Part shown: positions 1 through 9,499 of the stretch, in pieces | How the letters are laid out: each line of letters starts with the position of its first letter | How positions within the stretch are numbered: the stretch's first letter is position 1 | Assembly (NCBI GenBank): GCA_034521595.1 | Contig: JAXHMG010000003.1 | Location: 448,001-512,000, forward strand | Direction: 5' to 3' | Source of the DNA: Gemmatimonadota bacterium | GTDB taxonomy: Bacteria > Gemmatimonadota > Gemmatimonadetes > Longimicrobiales > Gaopeijiaceae | Length of the DNA: 64,000 nucleotides | The notes under the pieces: model-generated | Seen by the model: the letters and a program-made list of their open reading frames with translations, nothing else | Databases searched by the model: none | Told to the model about the DNA's origin: nothing | Position numbers and translations under genes: made by a program

Positions 1-720
1 GAGTTGGCCGCCGAGGAATCGCCCGTGGTCCGTGCGCGCTCTCTCGGGCATCCGCTCCTCGATCCCGAACGCTGCGTGACCAACGATGTGGCGATCGGCC
101 CGCCGGGGAGCTTCCTGCTCGTCACCGGCTCCAACATGTCGGGGAAGAGCACCTTGCTCCGCGCCGTCGGGTTGAATGCAGTGCTCGCAGGGGCCGGAGG
201 GCCGGTGGCCGCCGACGAAGCCCACCTTCCCTGTATGCGTGTGTTCACGTCGATGCGCGTCGACGATTCGTTGGAAGAAGGGGTGTCGCTCTTCATGGCC
301 GAGCTTCTCCGGATCCGTGGAGTGGTCGAGGCCGCCCGCACCCCCGACCCCGAAGGCCGTCCCGTGCTCTACCTTCTGGACGAGATGTTACACGGAACCA
401 ATACCGCCGAGCGGCGGGTCGCGGCGCGCGGGGTGGTGCAACACCTTCTGGCGGCGAACGCGGTCGGCGCGGTGAGCACACACGACCTTCTGCTGGCCGA
501 GACGCCGGAGCTCCAGGCTGCCGCGAACGCGGTCCATTTCCGCGAGCATATCGAAGGCCGCGGGCCCGACGGCCGGCCTCGGATCACCTTCGACTACCGC
601 CTCCGTCCCGGCATCGCGACCACGCGGAATGCCCTCAAGCTCCTCGCAGCGGTCGGGCTCGATCTGCCGGACGCTTCTTCGGGGGATGCACGGGAGCGAG
701 GTTCGGACGCGGACGCGTAG
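1..720 (+). CDS. MutS-related ATPase (domain V), C-terminal part; 5' end outside the window
   Basis: Walker A GSNMSGKST, SLFMAEL, Walker B LLDE, STH motif; resembles MutS-like proteins lacking the mismatch-binding domain. Confidence 0.85.
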   Translation, partial: ELAAEESPVVRARSLGHPLLDPERCVTNDVAIGPPGSFLLVTGSNMSGKSTLLRAVGLNAVLAGAGGPVAADEAHLPCMRVFTSMRVDDSLEEGVSLFMAELLRIRGVVEAARTPDPEGRPVLYLLDEMLHGTNTAERRVAARGVVQHLLAANAVGAVSTHDLLLAETPELQAAANAVHFREHIEGRGPDGRPRITFDYRLRPGIATTRNALKLLAAVGLDLPDASSGDARERGSDADA

Positions 721-789
721 TGTCGATCGATTCGGGGTCGTGGCGACGGAACCATCCGCGTGGTGAGCGTCTCGTAGTGGTCAGTGCGC

Positions 790-1287
790 CCCGCCCTTCC
801 TGTCGCAAGTGTTCGTTGAAGAAGTCGATCGTGCGTTCCTGCGCGAGGCGCGCCGCGGCTTCGTCGTAACCGGGCGTCGTGTTGTTGTGGAAACCGTGGT
901 TGGCGCCCTCGTACATGTGCATCACGTACTCCTTGTCGTGTGCGTCCAGCGCGTCGCGAAAATCCGGCCACCCGGCGTTGACCCGTTCGTCCAGCTCGGC
1001 GTAGTGGATCATCAACGGCGCCTCGATGCGGGACACGTCCTCGGGGGGAGGCTGGGTGCCGTAGAACGCGACCCCGGCACCCAGTCGAGTTGCCGCTGCA
1101 TCTCCCTGCCTTCGTCGTCGTTGCCGGGATAGCCGCCCAAGGGCGTCAAGGCGTCGGGGCCGAGCGCTAGGAAGTCGGCCGCGGCGAGCCTGCGCACCAC
1201 GTCCTCGATATACGGGTTCAGCCCACGGTTCTCGTGGACGAGCAGCACGGCCGGCTTCGTCCCTCCACTGACGGGCCGGGCCATCAT
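790..1287 (-). pseudogene. Dienelactone hydrolase (YghX-like) remnant with internal deletion and frameshift near 1085
   Basis: [18 protein letters not shown]...GYPGNDDEG in one frame and AGVAFYG...NHGFHNNTTPGYDEAAARLA in another; the GFCxGG nucleophile segment between them is absent. Confidence 0.75.
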
Positions 1288-1370
1288 GGGCCTCGCGGGC
1301 TCCCTCGACCGGGCAAGGACCGGGTGCGTGCATCAACGCCCCCGCGCCCGGGGCGATCCCCCGGGAGTGC

Positions 1371-1410
1371 TTGACTGCGGACGCAAAATGTTGTAATATA
1401 TGAAGTTACA
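1371..1410 (+). promoter_or_regulatory. sigma70-type promoter overlapped by an inverted repeat (putative operator)
   Basis: TTGACT (1371-1376), 17 bp, TAATAT (1394-1399); TGTAA-N9-TTACA at 1392-1410; AT-rich island in GC-rich DNA; RBS GGAGGAG before ATG 1443. Confidence 0.65.
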
Positions 1411-1442
1411 TTCATTTATAGATAGATGGACGGGAGGAGCGA

Positions 1443-1775
1443 ATGGGAAACCAGGATCGCACGACACAATTCGACCGCGCTCGGGACGAGCTTTGCAGCC
1501 ACGTCGTTCGTTGCGAAGTGCTCGAAGCGGATATGGACGATCGTCTCACGTGGCTCGAAGAGACGATGGATTATATGGGAGAGCGTTATCCGGACCTGAC
1601 GGAACTCGAGCTCGCGCAGCTCGAGCTCATCGGCCGACGTTTCGTGCAGCCGGCGATCCCGCATGGGGCGCACGCGCATGCCGCGAACCGCGATCGGTGG
1701 GAAGACGTGCCCGAAGGCGAGCGGCAGGAGGTTCCGGAGGCGGAACCCGAAGCCGACCTCGCGGGTGCGGCCTAG
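1443..1775 (+). CDS. Small acidic helical hypothetical protein (110 aa)
   Basis: Strong RBS, own promoter and terminator, protein-like composition (FDRARDELCSHVVRCEVLEA...). Confidence 0.75.
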   Translation: MGNQDRTTQFDRARDELCSHVVRCEVLEADMDDRLTWLEETMDYMGERYPDLTELELAQLELIGRRFVQPAIPHGAHAHAANRDRWEDVPEGERQEVPEAEPEADLAGAA

Positions 1776-1831
1776 CACGGGCTGCTAACGTGATGGTGGC
1801 CGGCCAATGCCGGATCGCTGGCTTTTTCGAG

Positions 1832-1875
1832 AAAGGTGGGGAGGCGCTCGGCGCGCCCCCCGCCTTTTTTGTTTT
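1832..1875 (+). terminator. Rho-independent terminator
   Basis: GC-rich hairpin AAAGGTGGGGAGGCGC-TCG-GCGCGCCCCCCGCC followed by TTTTTTGTTTT. Confidence 0.7.
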
Positions 1876-1893
1876 CCCTGACCCCACGAAGCC

Positions 1894-2961
1894 ATGGAAA
1901 TCCTAGCAAGGGAATACCTCGGCAACTCACTCGGCGGGTGGTTGGCCGCGCTCGCCACCGTGCTGCTCGTTTACGTGGGCCTCCGGTTCATCGCCGGCTT
2001 CGTCGTCGGTCGATTGTTCCGTCTCGCGCCGGGCACGTCGACCTATTGGGACGACGTCATCACACATGCGCTCAAGCGTACCAAGGCGTTTGCCCTTCTT
2101 GCCGTGGCGGTGTTCTCCGGCGGGTTGGTGGTGACCCTCCCGGCTCGCCTGGAGTCGCTGATCGAGCACATCGCCATCCTCGCCGTCCTCGTCCAGGTGG
2201 GGATCTGGATCAGCGCCGGGATCAAGCACTGGATCGCGGTGACGCGGGAGGCGCGAGCGGCGGAGGATGCGACGGCCGTGATGACGATGAACGTCATCGG
2301 GATCGCGGCCAGGATCGTGCTCTGGTCGATGGTGCTCTTGCTAGCCCTGGACAACTGGGGCGTCGACGTCACCGCGCTCGTGGCGGGCCTCGGTGTGGGC
2401 GGCATCGCGGTCGCGCTGGCGGCGCAGAACATCCTCGGCGACCTCTTTGCCTCGCTTTCCATCGTGCTCGACCGACCGTTCGTCCTCGGGGACTTCCTGA
2501 TCGTCGACGAGATGCTGGGCAGCGTCGAAGAGATCGGATTGAAGACGACCCGCATCCGGAGCCTGTCCGGGGAACAGCTCGTCTTCTCGAACACGGACCT
2601 GCTGAGCAGTCGGATCCGCAACTACGGGCGGATGTTCGAGCGGCGGGTCGTCTTCGAGATCGGCGTCACCTACCAGACTCCCCGCGAGCAACTGAAGGCG
2701 ATCCCGAAGATGATACGTGGAGCCATCGAGGAGCACGGAGACGAGGTCCGCTTCGACCGGGCTCACTTCAAGAAGTATGGCGATTTCGCGCTCGTCTTCG
2801 AAACGGTGTACTACGTGATGGGGCCCGACTACGCGAAGTACATGGATATTCAGCAGGCCGTCAATTTTCGTGTTCACGAGCTCTTCGAAGCGAGCGGGAT
2901 CGAATTCGCGTATCCGACCCAGACGTTGTTCGTGCGCACGAGTGCAGAAGCCGTCTCGTGA
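1894..2961 (+). CDS. mscS: Small-conductance mechanosensitive channel family protein
   Basis: GLGVGGIAVALAAQNILGDLFAS, DRPFVLGDF, IGLKTTRIRSLSGE, GIEFAYPTQ. Confidence 0.92.
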   Translation: MEILAREYLGNSLGGWLAALATVLLVYVGLRFIAGFVVGRLFRLAPGTSTYWDDVITHALKRTKAFALLAVAVFSGGLVVTLPARLESLIEHIAILAVLVQVGIWISAGIKHWIAVTREARAAEDATAVMTMNVIGIAARIVLWSMVLLLALDNWGVDVTALVAGLGVGGIAVALAAQNILGDLFASLSIVLDRPFVLGDFLIVDEMLGSVEEIGLKTTRIRSLSGEQLVFSNTDLLSSRIRNYGRMFERRVVFEIGVTYQTPREQLKAIPKMIRGAIEEHGDEVRFDRAHFKKYGDFALVFETVYYVMGPDYAKYMDIQQAVNFRVHELFEASGIEFAYPTQTLFVRTSAEAVS

Positions 2962-3061
2962 CGGGCGCTCGGACGTCCCGCGGCCGCTTGCCCGGAGGGC
3001 GCCTCGTGACGATCGTCAGGGGTCCCTTCTCGCCGCCCGACCGAGCTTCGGAGGTTCCCAG

Positions 3062-3883
3062 GTGATACGCGCTTCGCTGATGTTCGTGCTGGCCATGGCC
3101 GTGCCGCTCTCGCCCGCGCTCGCGCAGACTCCGTCCGAGATCGTCGACAGGATGCTGGAGGCCTTCGAGCGCAATGCGGCTGCTGTCGAGAACTATTCGG
3201 TGGTGCAGGAGGTCATGGGGTTCGAATCCGAGCTCTACTTCGAGAAGGAGACCGTCGACGGCCGGCCGGTATTCCGCTTGCGGGGCTCGTCGTCGGGAGG
3301 GCTTCCGTCGGACATGGATGACGACGTGGGTTACACGGACGTCTATGCCGCCGCTCCGCAGCTGGTCGAGCACGCGCGCTACGGGGGCACGGAGCAGGTG
3401 CACGGTGCCGAAGCGCACGTCCTGCTGATCGACGATCTCGAGGCTCTGGACCTCGGGGCCGCCGCCGCGCCGGAAGATGCGGAGTTCCGTCCTCGTAGCG
3501 GCCGCATCCTCATCGACGCGGAAATGTGGGTGCCGCGCCGCATGGAGTTCGCCGGAGACCTCGATACGGGGAATGGCGTCGCTGAGGTCACCAGCGTGAT
3601 CGACATGCAGGACTATCGTGAGGACGAGGGCATGCTCATGCCGTACCTCACCGTCGTGCGCATGGAAGGCATGGAGGCCGCGATCGATCCGGAGATGCGA
3701 GCGGAGCTCGAGGAGATGCGCGCGCAGCTCGAGGAGCTTCCCGAAGGCCAGCGTGCCATGGTCGAAGAGATGTTCGGCGGGCGAATGGAGCAGATGGAGG
3801 CTCTGCTGGGCGGAGAAGAGGGAGCCATGACGGTGGAGATGCGGGTGCTGGAGCTCCGGGTGAACGAAGGACCACCCCGCTGA
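3062..3883 (+). CDS. Secreted acidic hypothetical protein (possibly LolA-like beta fold)
   Basis: GTG start after GGAGG; signal peptide ending ALA-Q; beta-rich core and Met/Glu-rich helical tail. Confidence 0.6.
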   Translation: MIRASLMFVLAMAVPLSPALAQTPSEIVDRMLEAFERNAAAVENYSVVQEVMGFESELYFEKETVDGRPVFRLRGSSSGGLPSDMDDDVGYTDVYAAAPQLVEHARYGGTEQVHGAEAHVLLIDDLEALDLGAAAAPEDAEFRPRSGRILIDAEMWVPRRMEFAGDLDTGNGVAEVTSVIDMQDYREDEGMLMPYLTVVRMEGMEAAIDPEMRAELEEMRAQLEELPEGQRAMVEEMFGGRMEQMEALLGGEEGAMTVEMRVLELRVNEGPPR

Positions 3884-3977
3884 CGGGAAAGCCCGCGGGT
3901 AGGGCCTTCTACGGACCCCGACACCGGGCATTCCCGAATTGTCCCCGGTGCCGCAACCACCCATGTTTCTTACAGTT

Positions 3978-4991
3978 ATGACCTATCCGGAACCCAAGGC
4001 CGTCCCGGGCGCCATGCGTCCGCGGCGCCTACGCCGCAGCGCCGCGCTCAGAGAGCTCGTGCGGGAGCACCGTCTCGCGCCCGCGCACCTCGTGCTTCCC
4101 CTCTTCGTGACCGAGGTGGAAAACGAGCCCGTCGAGATCGCGTCCATGCCGGGAGCGTTCCGCTGGCCCGTCGAGCGGGTGGACGAGCCGGTCGGTGAGG
4201 CGGTCGACGCGGGGGTGGGTGCGGTGCTGCTCTTCGGGATTCCCGCGCACAAGGACCCGCGAGGCAGTCAGGCCTCGGCGACCGACGGCGTCGTCCAACG
4301 CGCTGTGAGGGCTCTGCGTGCGTCCGGGTTCACCGGGGTCGTGATTACCGATGTGTGTCTGTGTGAGTATACCGATCATGGACACTGCGGCCTTCTCGAC
4401 TCGGACGGCGTGGTGCTGAACGACCCGTCGTTGGAGCGGCTCGCGGACGCGGCCGTGTCCCTCGCTCAGGCGGGGGCCGATGTCGTGGCTCCGTCCGCGA
4501 TGATGGACGGCCAGGTGGCGGCCATTCGGAGCGCGCTGGACGAGGCAGGGGCCGAGCAAACGGCGATCCTGTCCTACTCTGCCAAGTACGCGTCGTCCTA
4601 CTACGGCCCGTTCCGGGACGCCGCGGACGGCGCGCCGGCATTCGGGGATCGGAAGAGCCATCAGATGGACCCCGGGAACGCTCGGGAAGCGATTCGCGAA
4701 CACCGTCTCGACATCGCGGAAGGAGCGGACGTGTTGATGGTGAAGCCGGGCCTTTCGTATCTCGACATCGTGCGCCGATCCCGCGAGGCGTTTCCCGACG
4801 TGCCCCTCGCGGCGTACAACGTGAGCGGGGAATACAGCATGGTGAAGGCGGCGGCCGCACGAGGTTGGATCGACGAGCGTTCCGTCGTTCTGGAGACGTT
4901 GCTCAGCTTCCGGCGCGCGGGCGCGGATATGATCATCACCTACCACGCGCTCGATGCGGCCCGTTGGTTGGGTGAGGCGCATACACTTTGA
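3978..4991 (+). CDS. hemB: Porphobilinogen synthase (ALA dehydratase), Zn-binding type
   Basis: RPRRLR, DVCLCEYTDHGHCG, SAMMDG, YGPFRDA, MVKPG, YNVSGEY; exact start uncertain (3963/3978/4014). Confidence 0.96.
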   Translation: MTYPEPKAVPGAMRPRRLRRSAALRELVREHRLAPAHLVLPLFVTEVENEPVEIASMPGAFRWPVERVDEPVGEAVDAGVGAVLLFGIPAHKDPRGSQASATDGVVQRAVRALRASGFTGVVITDVCLCEYTDHGHCGLLDSDGVVLNDPSLERLADAAVSLAQAGADVVAPSAMMDGQVAAIRSALDEAGAEQTAILSYSAKYASSYYGPFRDAADGAPAFGDRKSHQMDPGNAREAIREHRLDIAEGADVLMVKPGLSYLDIVRRSREAFPDVPLAAYNVSGEYSMVKAAAARGWIDERSVVLETLLSFRRAGADMIITYHALDAARWLGEAHTL

Positions 4992-5002
4992 GAGGAAGAC
5001 GT

Positions 5003-5119
5003 ATGTCGGAGACCGAATCGGAAAGCGAGATGAAACGGCCCATCGTGGGACGGTGCACCACGCCGCTCCACACCGGGGTTTCGATCCCGGCAGGGGAGTG
5101 GGCGGAGAGCCTGGCGTAG
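5003..5119 (+). CDS. Putative 38-aa small protein inside the hem operon (MSETESESEMKRPIVGRCTTPLHTGVSIPAGEWAESLA)
   Basis: Read directly from DNA: GAGAGGA RBS at the hemB stop, ATG 5003, TAG 5117-5119; fills the hemB-hemA gap. Confidence 0.45.
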   Translation: MSETESESEMKRPIVGRCTTPLHTGVSIPAGEWAESLA

Positions 5120-5130
5120 CCGGGAGCGAC

Positions 5131-6426
5131 GTGTCCGTGGAGCTTTTCGTCGTCGGTACGAGCCAGTCGGTTGCCCCGACTCGAGTCCGCGAGCGTATGT
5201 ACGTGGATCTCGACGAGGTGTATGCTACGCTCGGCGCGCTCCTGACCGATCGGGGGGTGCTGGAGGAGGCCGTGCCTCTCGCGACGTGTGGTCGACTCGA
5301 GCTCTACTGCGTGGCGCGTGAGCCGGAGCGCGCGCTCAAGCTCCTCGTCCGCATGTTGGCTCGTCGGACGGGGGTGCCGAAGGACGAGCTCCGGACCCAC
5401 GTCTATGCGCTCAAGGGCCAGACGGCGGTGCGTCACCTCTTCCGTGTGGCCTCCGGTCTCGACTCGATCGTCCACGGCGAGGCGCAGATCCTGGGGCAGG
5501 TTCGGGAGGCCGCGTACCACCCGCTCGCGATGACGAGCAAGGGGCCCATCCTTCACCGGATGTTCGAGATGGCGCTGTCGACCGGGAAGAAGGTGCGAAC
5601 GGAGACGGATATCGGACGTGGAGCTGCTTCGCTCGCCAGCGCGTCGCTCAAGATGGTCCAGCGCGAAGTGGGCTCCATGGAACACGTGCGGGCGGTCGTG
5701 ATCGGTGCGGGCGAGACGGGCGCCCTCATGGCACGGTTGCTCCGCAAGGCGGGTGTAGGCCGGCTGACGATCGCCAACCGGACGGAGGAGACGGCCCACG
5801 AGCTCGCCGAGTCAGTCGGTGGGGAAGGGGTCGGCCTCGACCGCTTGCCGGAGCTCCTGGGTGACGCGGATCTGGTCGTGGGTGCCGTGACCTCGGACGA
5901 GTGGTTGGTGACGGTGGACATGGTTCGGGAACGTGTGCCGACCTCGTCCGAGCGTCCCCTGCGCTTCCTGGATCTGGCGCATCCCAGAAACTTCGATCCC
6001 GCTCTCGCGGAATTGTCTGGGGTTCGACTGTTCGATCTCGATCACGTCTTCGAGCGGGTCGAGGAGGCGAGAGCGGCACGGGCCGCCCAGATCCCCAGGG
6101 CGGAGGCCATCGTCCGAGAGCAGGCCGACGCCTACGAGCAGTGGCTCCGCTCGAGACGAAGCGTCGACGTTCTCAAGGCCGTGCGCCGGCAGGTCCTGGA
6201 TCTCGCTCAAGCGGAGGCGGAGCGGTTCGGACAGGGCCGCAGTGAGGAAGAGAAGGAACAAATGCGGCAGCTCGCGCGCTCACTCGCGCGCACGTTCCTG
6301 CATCCGCCGACCGTGGCGTTGCGGGAGACGGACCCCGAGAGCCCGGAAGGGCGCTTCCTGCTCGACAACGCTCCGGCACTCTTCGGTGTGGACCCGGACG
6401 ATGCCGACGGCAAGGAGTCGAGTTGA
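5131..6426 (+). CDS. hemA: Glutamyl-tRNA reductase
   Basis: TCGRLE (variant of TCNR), SGLDS..GEAQILGQV, IGAGETG, DLAHPRN; GTG start after GGGAG. Confidence 0.93.
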   Translation: MSVELFVVGTSQSVAPTRVRERMYVDLDEVYATLGALLTDRGVLEEAVPLATCGRLELYCVAREPERALKLLVRMLARRTGVPKDELRTHVYALKGQTAVRHLFRVASGLDSIVHGEAQILGQVREAAYHPLAMTSKGPILHRMFEMALSTGKKVRTETDIGRGAASLASASLKMVQREVGSMEHVRAVVIGAGETGALMARLLRKAGVGRLTIANRTEETAHELAESVGGEGVGLDRLPELLGDADLVVGAVTSDEWLVTVDMVRERVPTSSERPLRFLDLAHPRNFDPALAELSGVRLFDLDHVFERVEEARAARAAQIPRAEAIVREQADAYEQWLRSRRSVDVLKAVRRQVLDLAQAEAERFGQGRSEEEKEQMRQLARSLARTFLHPPTVALRETDPESPEGRFLLDNAPALFGVDPDDADGKESS

Positions 6427-7376
6427 CGGCCGTCCGGTTGGGCACGCGCGGGTCTCGGCTGGCGCTCACCCAGTCGGAATGGATCGCGGGCCTCCTGCGA
6501 GAGCGGCATCCCGGGCTCGAGGTCGAGCTCGTGCGGATCCGGACGTCGGGTGACTCCATACGTGACGTGCCGCTCGGCCCCGAGCTCGGGCAGGCGTTCT
6601 TCACGAAGGAGATCGAAGACGCGCTCCTGGACGGGCGAATCGACCTGGCGGTCCATTCCTGTAAGGATCTGGCGACGGCGATGCCCGAAGGGCTCCGGAT
6701 CGGGGCGATCCCGAAACGGGAGGATCCGCGTGACGTGCTCGTGAGCGGGTACGCAAGCCTGGGCGCGCTGCCGAAAGGGGCGACCGTGGGCACCTCGAGT
6801 CCGCGGCGGAAGGGGTTTTTGCGGGCCGCGCGCCCCGACTTGGATGTTCGTGACCAGCGTGGCAACGTTCCGACCCGGCTCCAAGCCGTCGACGACGGCG
6901 TCGTCGACGCCGTCGTGCTCGCGGCGGCCGGACTGGCTCGGCTCGGCTTCGCAGCCCGTGCCACGGAGATGATCGACCCCCACGTCATGCTTCCGGCCGC
7001 GGCCCAAGGGGCGCTCGCCGTGCAGGTTCGACGACAGGACGAGCGCATGGAGGCACTGACGGCGACGCTCGACGATCCGGCCACCCGGCGGACGGTGGAA
7101 GCGGAGCGGGCGTGTCTGAGTAGGTTGGAAGCCGGATGTCAGGCGCCCGTCGGTGTGCTCGCGACGCTCGGTGCCGACGGGATGCTCGACGTTCAGGCCG
7201 CCCTCGTCACGCCGGAGGGAGTGTTGAGGGCGGAGCGCTCCGAAGGACCCGACCTGTCGTCCGACGAGGTCGGAAGGGCGCTCGCGGAATCCCTGCTTCA
7301 GCAGGCCGGCCTTCCCTCGCTTCGGGATGCGGCCTGGGCCGGTCCGGCGCCCAGGACCCCGGATTCGGGAACATGA
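6423..7376 (+). CDS. hemC: Hydroxymethylbilane synthase (porphobilinogen deaminase)
   Basis: GTRGSRLALTQ, FTKEIE, HSCKD, GTSSPRR, RGNVPTRL, AGCQAP; TTGA overlap with hemA. Confidence 0.95.
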   Translation: MTAVRLGTRGSRLALTQSEWIAGLLRERHPGLEVELVRIRTSGDSIRDVPLGPELGQAFFTKEIEDALLDGRIDLAVHSCKDLATAMPEGLRIGAIPKREDPRDVLVSGYASLGALPKGATVGTSSPRRKGFLRAARPDLDVRDQRGNVPTRLQAVDDGVVDAVVLAAAGLARLGFAARATEMIDPHVMLPAAAQGALAVQVRRQDERMEALTATLDDPATRRTVEAERACLSRLEAGCQAPVGVLATLGADGMLDVQAALVTPEGVLRAERSEGPDLSSDEVGRALAESLLQQAGLPSLRDAAWAGPAPRTPDSGT

Positions 7377-9499
7377 GGCTCTTGGGCCGGGTGGTCGCCA
7401 CCACCCGGGACGGTGCGCCGGATGATCCATTGACGGGCAAGCTGGAGGCGGCAGGCGCGACCGTGGTCGAGTGGCCGGCCCTGGAGTTCGCTCCACCGGT
7501 GGATGAGGGAGCGCTCGACCGTGCTCGCCGCGGTGTTCTGGAGGGAGCCTTCGACTGGATCGTGTTCACCAGCGCCCGAGCGGTGGAAGCGCTCGGGCGG
7601 GGAGACGGCGTTCCGGGCGACGTGCGCGTGGCGGCCGTGGGCCGTGCGACCGCTCGCGCGCTTCGGCAAGTGGGGTGGCGAGTCGACGAGACGGGCACCA
7701 ACGATGCGCGAGACCTCGCGGATCAGATGGCCGGGAGCATGCGGCTCGACGGGACCCGGATCCTTTTTCCCGCGGGATCGCTCGCCGGGAGCGCGCTCGA
7801 GGACACCCTGGGAGCCTTGGGGGCCGAGGTGGAGCGGGTCGAGGCGTACAGGACGCGGGAAGTGCCTCCCGACCCGGAGAAGGTGCGCGCCGATCTGCGC
7901 CGCGGCATCGACGTCGTCGCCTTCGCCAGCCCCTCGGCGGTACGCTCGCTCGCCCGCGCTCTGGGACGTTCATGGACCGCCGACATGTCCGGTGTAGGGG
8001 TGGCGGCGATCGGGCCGTCGACCGAGCGTGCACTGGTGGAGGAAGGAATCGAGCGGGGGGACATCGTCACCGCCGCCCCTCCCGGCCTGGACGAGTTGGT
8101 CGAGGCGTGTCGGGTGGCGGTCACCGTGCGTCGAGACGATCCCATGGAGGCATCGGAACGGCCGCGCCAAGAAATCATGACCAAGGTGGAAGGAACGATG
8201 AACACGACACGGAGCGAGGAGCTCATAGCCCGTTCGCGAAAGATCATCCCGGGAGGCGTGAACAGCCCGGTGCGTGCCTTCACCGGAGTCGGGGGCACCC
8301 CGCGGTTCGTGCACTCGGCGGACGGCGCCTTTCTGAACGACGTGGACGGGAACCGGCTCCTCGACTACATCGGCTCGTGGGGCGTGATGGTCCTCGGTCA
8401 CGCCCATCCGGCCGTGCGGCACGCCCTCGCGGAAGCGATAGAGCGAGGCACGTCGTTCGGGACGGCCACGGAGGGCGAGGCCGAGCTCGCCGAAGCGATC
8501 GCGGAGCGTGTACCCAGCGTGGAGCTCTTGCGGTTGGTCAACTCGGGTACGGAAGCCACGATGAGCGCCCTTCGCCTCGCGCGGGCGGCGACCCAGCGGA
8601 CCCGCATCGTCAAGTTTCGGGGAGGCTACCACGGGCACGGGGATGCCTTTCTCGTCGAAGCCGGGTCGGGCGCGGCGACGCTGGGGGTCCCGTCGAGTCC
8701 CGGCGTGCCTACCGGGACCGTGGCCGATTCCCTCGTGGCGGAGTACAACGACTTGGCTTCGGTGGAAGCGCTGTTCGAAGCGAATCCGGATGAGATCGCG
8801 GCCGTCTTCGTCGAGCCGGTGGCGGGCAACATGGGCTGCATCCCACCGGCGGAAGGCTTTCTGGAAGGGCTCAGGGAGCTGACCTCGGCGCATGGGGCGT
8901 TGCTGATCTTCGACGAAGTGATGACGGGCTTCCGCGTGGCCGAAGGAGGCGCGCAAACACGCTACGGCGTCACGCCCGACCTCACCACGCTCGGCAAGGT
9001 GATCGGCGGCGGGCTTCCGGTCGGTGCGTACGGCGGGAGGGAGGACCTCATGCGCATGATCGCGCCGGACGGGCCCGTGTACCAGGCGGGAACGCTGTCC
9101 GGGAATCCGCTCGTGGTGGCCGCGGGACTCGCCACCCTGCGCTTTATCCGGGATGATGCGGGCGTCTACGATCATCTCGACCGCCTGGGCGCGATGTTCG
9201 ACGAAGGGTTCGCCGATATCGGACGTCGAGTGGGCGTCCCGCTGCGGTGGAACCGAGCGGGGGGGATGGGATCCCTCTTCTTCTCCGAGGGCCCGGTGGT
9301 GGATTGGGAGACCGCCGCGGCTTCGGATCGGGAGCGGTTCACTCGCTTCTTTCACGCGATGCTGGATCGCGGCATCCATTTGCCTCCGAGCTCGTTCGAG
9401 GCCTGGTTCTGGTCTTATGCGCACACGGAGGCGGACGTGACGCGGACATTGGAGGCCGTCGAGGAGGTTCTCGTGCGAGACGGAGCGGATCATGCCTGA
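7373..9499 (+). CDS. hemD-hemL: Uroporphyrinogen-III synthase read through in frame into glutamate-1-semialdehyde 2,1-aminomutase (HemD ~7373-8140; HemL from 8177/8198)
   Basis: HemD motifs FTSARAV, AVGRATA, FASPSAV, AIGPST; HemL motifs PGGVNSPVRAF, NSGTEA, DEVMTGFR, GKVIGGG; no stop between the domains. Confidence 0.9.
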   Translation: MRLLGRVVATTRDGAPDDPLTGKLEAAGATVVEWPALEFAPPVDEGALDRARRGVLEGAFDWIVFTSARAVEALGRGDGVPGDVRVAAVGRATARALRQVGWRVDETGTNDARDLADQMAGSMRLDGTRILFPAGSLAGSALEDTLGALGAEVERVEAYRTREVPPDPEKVRADLRRGIDVVAFASPSAVRSLARALGRSWTADMSGVGVAAIGPSTERALVEEGIERGDIVTAAPPGLDELVEACRVAVTVRRDDPMEASERPRQEIMTKVEGTMNTTRSEELIARSRKIIPGGVNSPVRAFTGVGGTPRFVHSADGAFLNDVDGNRLLDYIGSWGVMVLGHAHPAVRHALAEAIERGTSFGTATEGEAELAEAIAERVPSVELLRLVNSGTEATMSALRLARAATQRTRIVKFRGGYHGHGDAFLVEAGSGAATLGVPSSPGVPTGTVADSLVAEYNDLASVEALFEANPDEIAAVFVEPVAGNMGCIPPAEGFLEGLRELTSAHGALLIFDEVMTGFRVAEGGAQTRYGVTPDLTTLGKVIGGGLPVGAYGGREDLMRMIAPDGPVYQAGTLSGNPLVVAAGLATLRFIRDDAGVYDHLDRLGAMFDEGFADIGRRVGVPLRWNRAGGMGSLFFSEGPVVDWETAAASDRERFTRFFHAMLDRGIHLPPSSFEAWFWSYAHTEADVTRTLEAVEEVLVRDGADHA

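Noticed and set aside
3219-3229. GGTTCGAATCC, a tRNA T-loop-like motif
   Set aside because: Lies inside a CDS (codons for GFES); no cloverleaf or acceptor stem.
5281-5300. HemA TCGR instead of TCNR as a sign of inactivation
   Set aside because: Catalytic Cys and Arg and all other motifs are retained; likely a tolerated variant.
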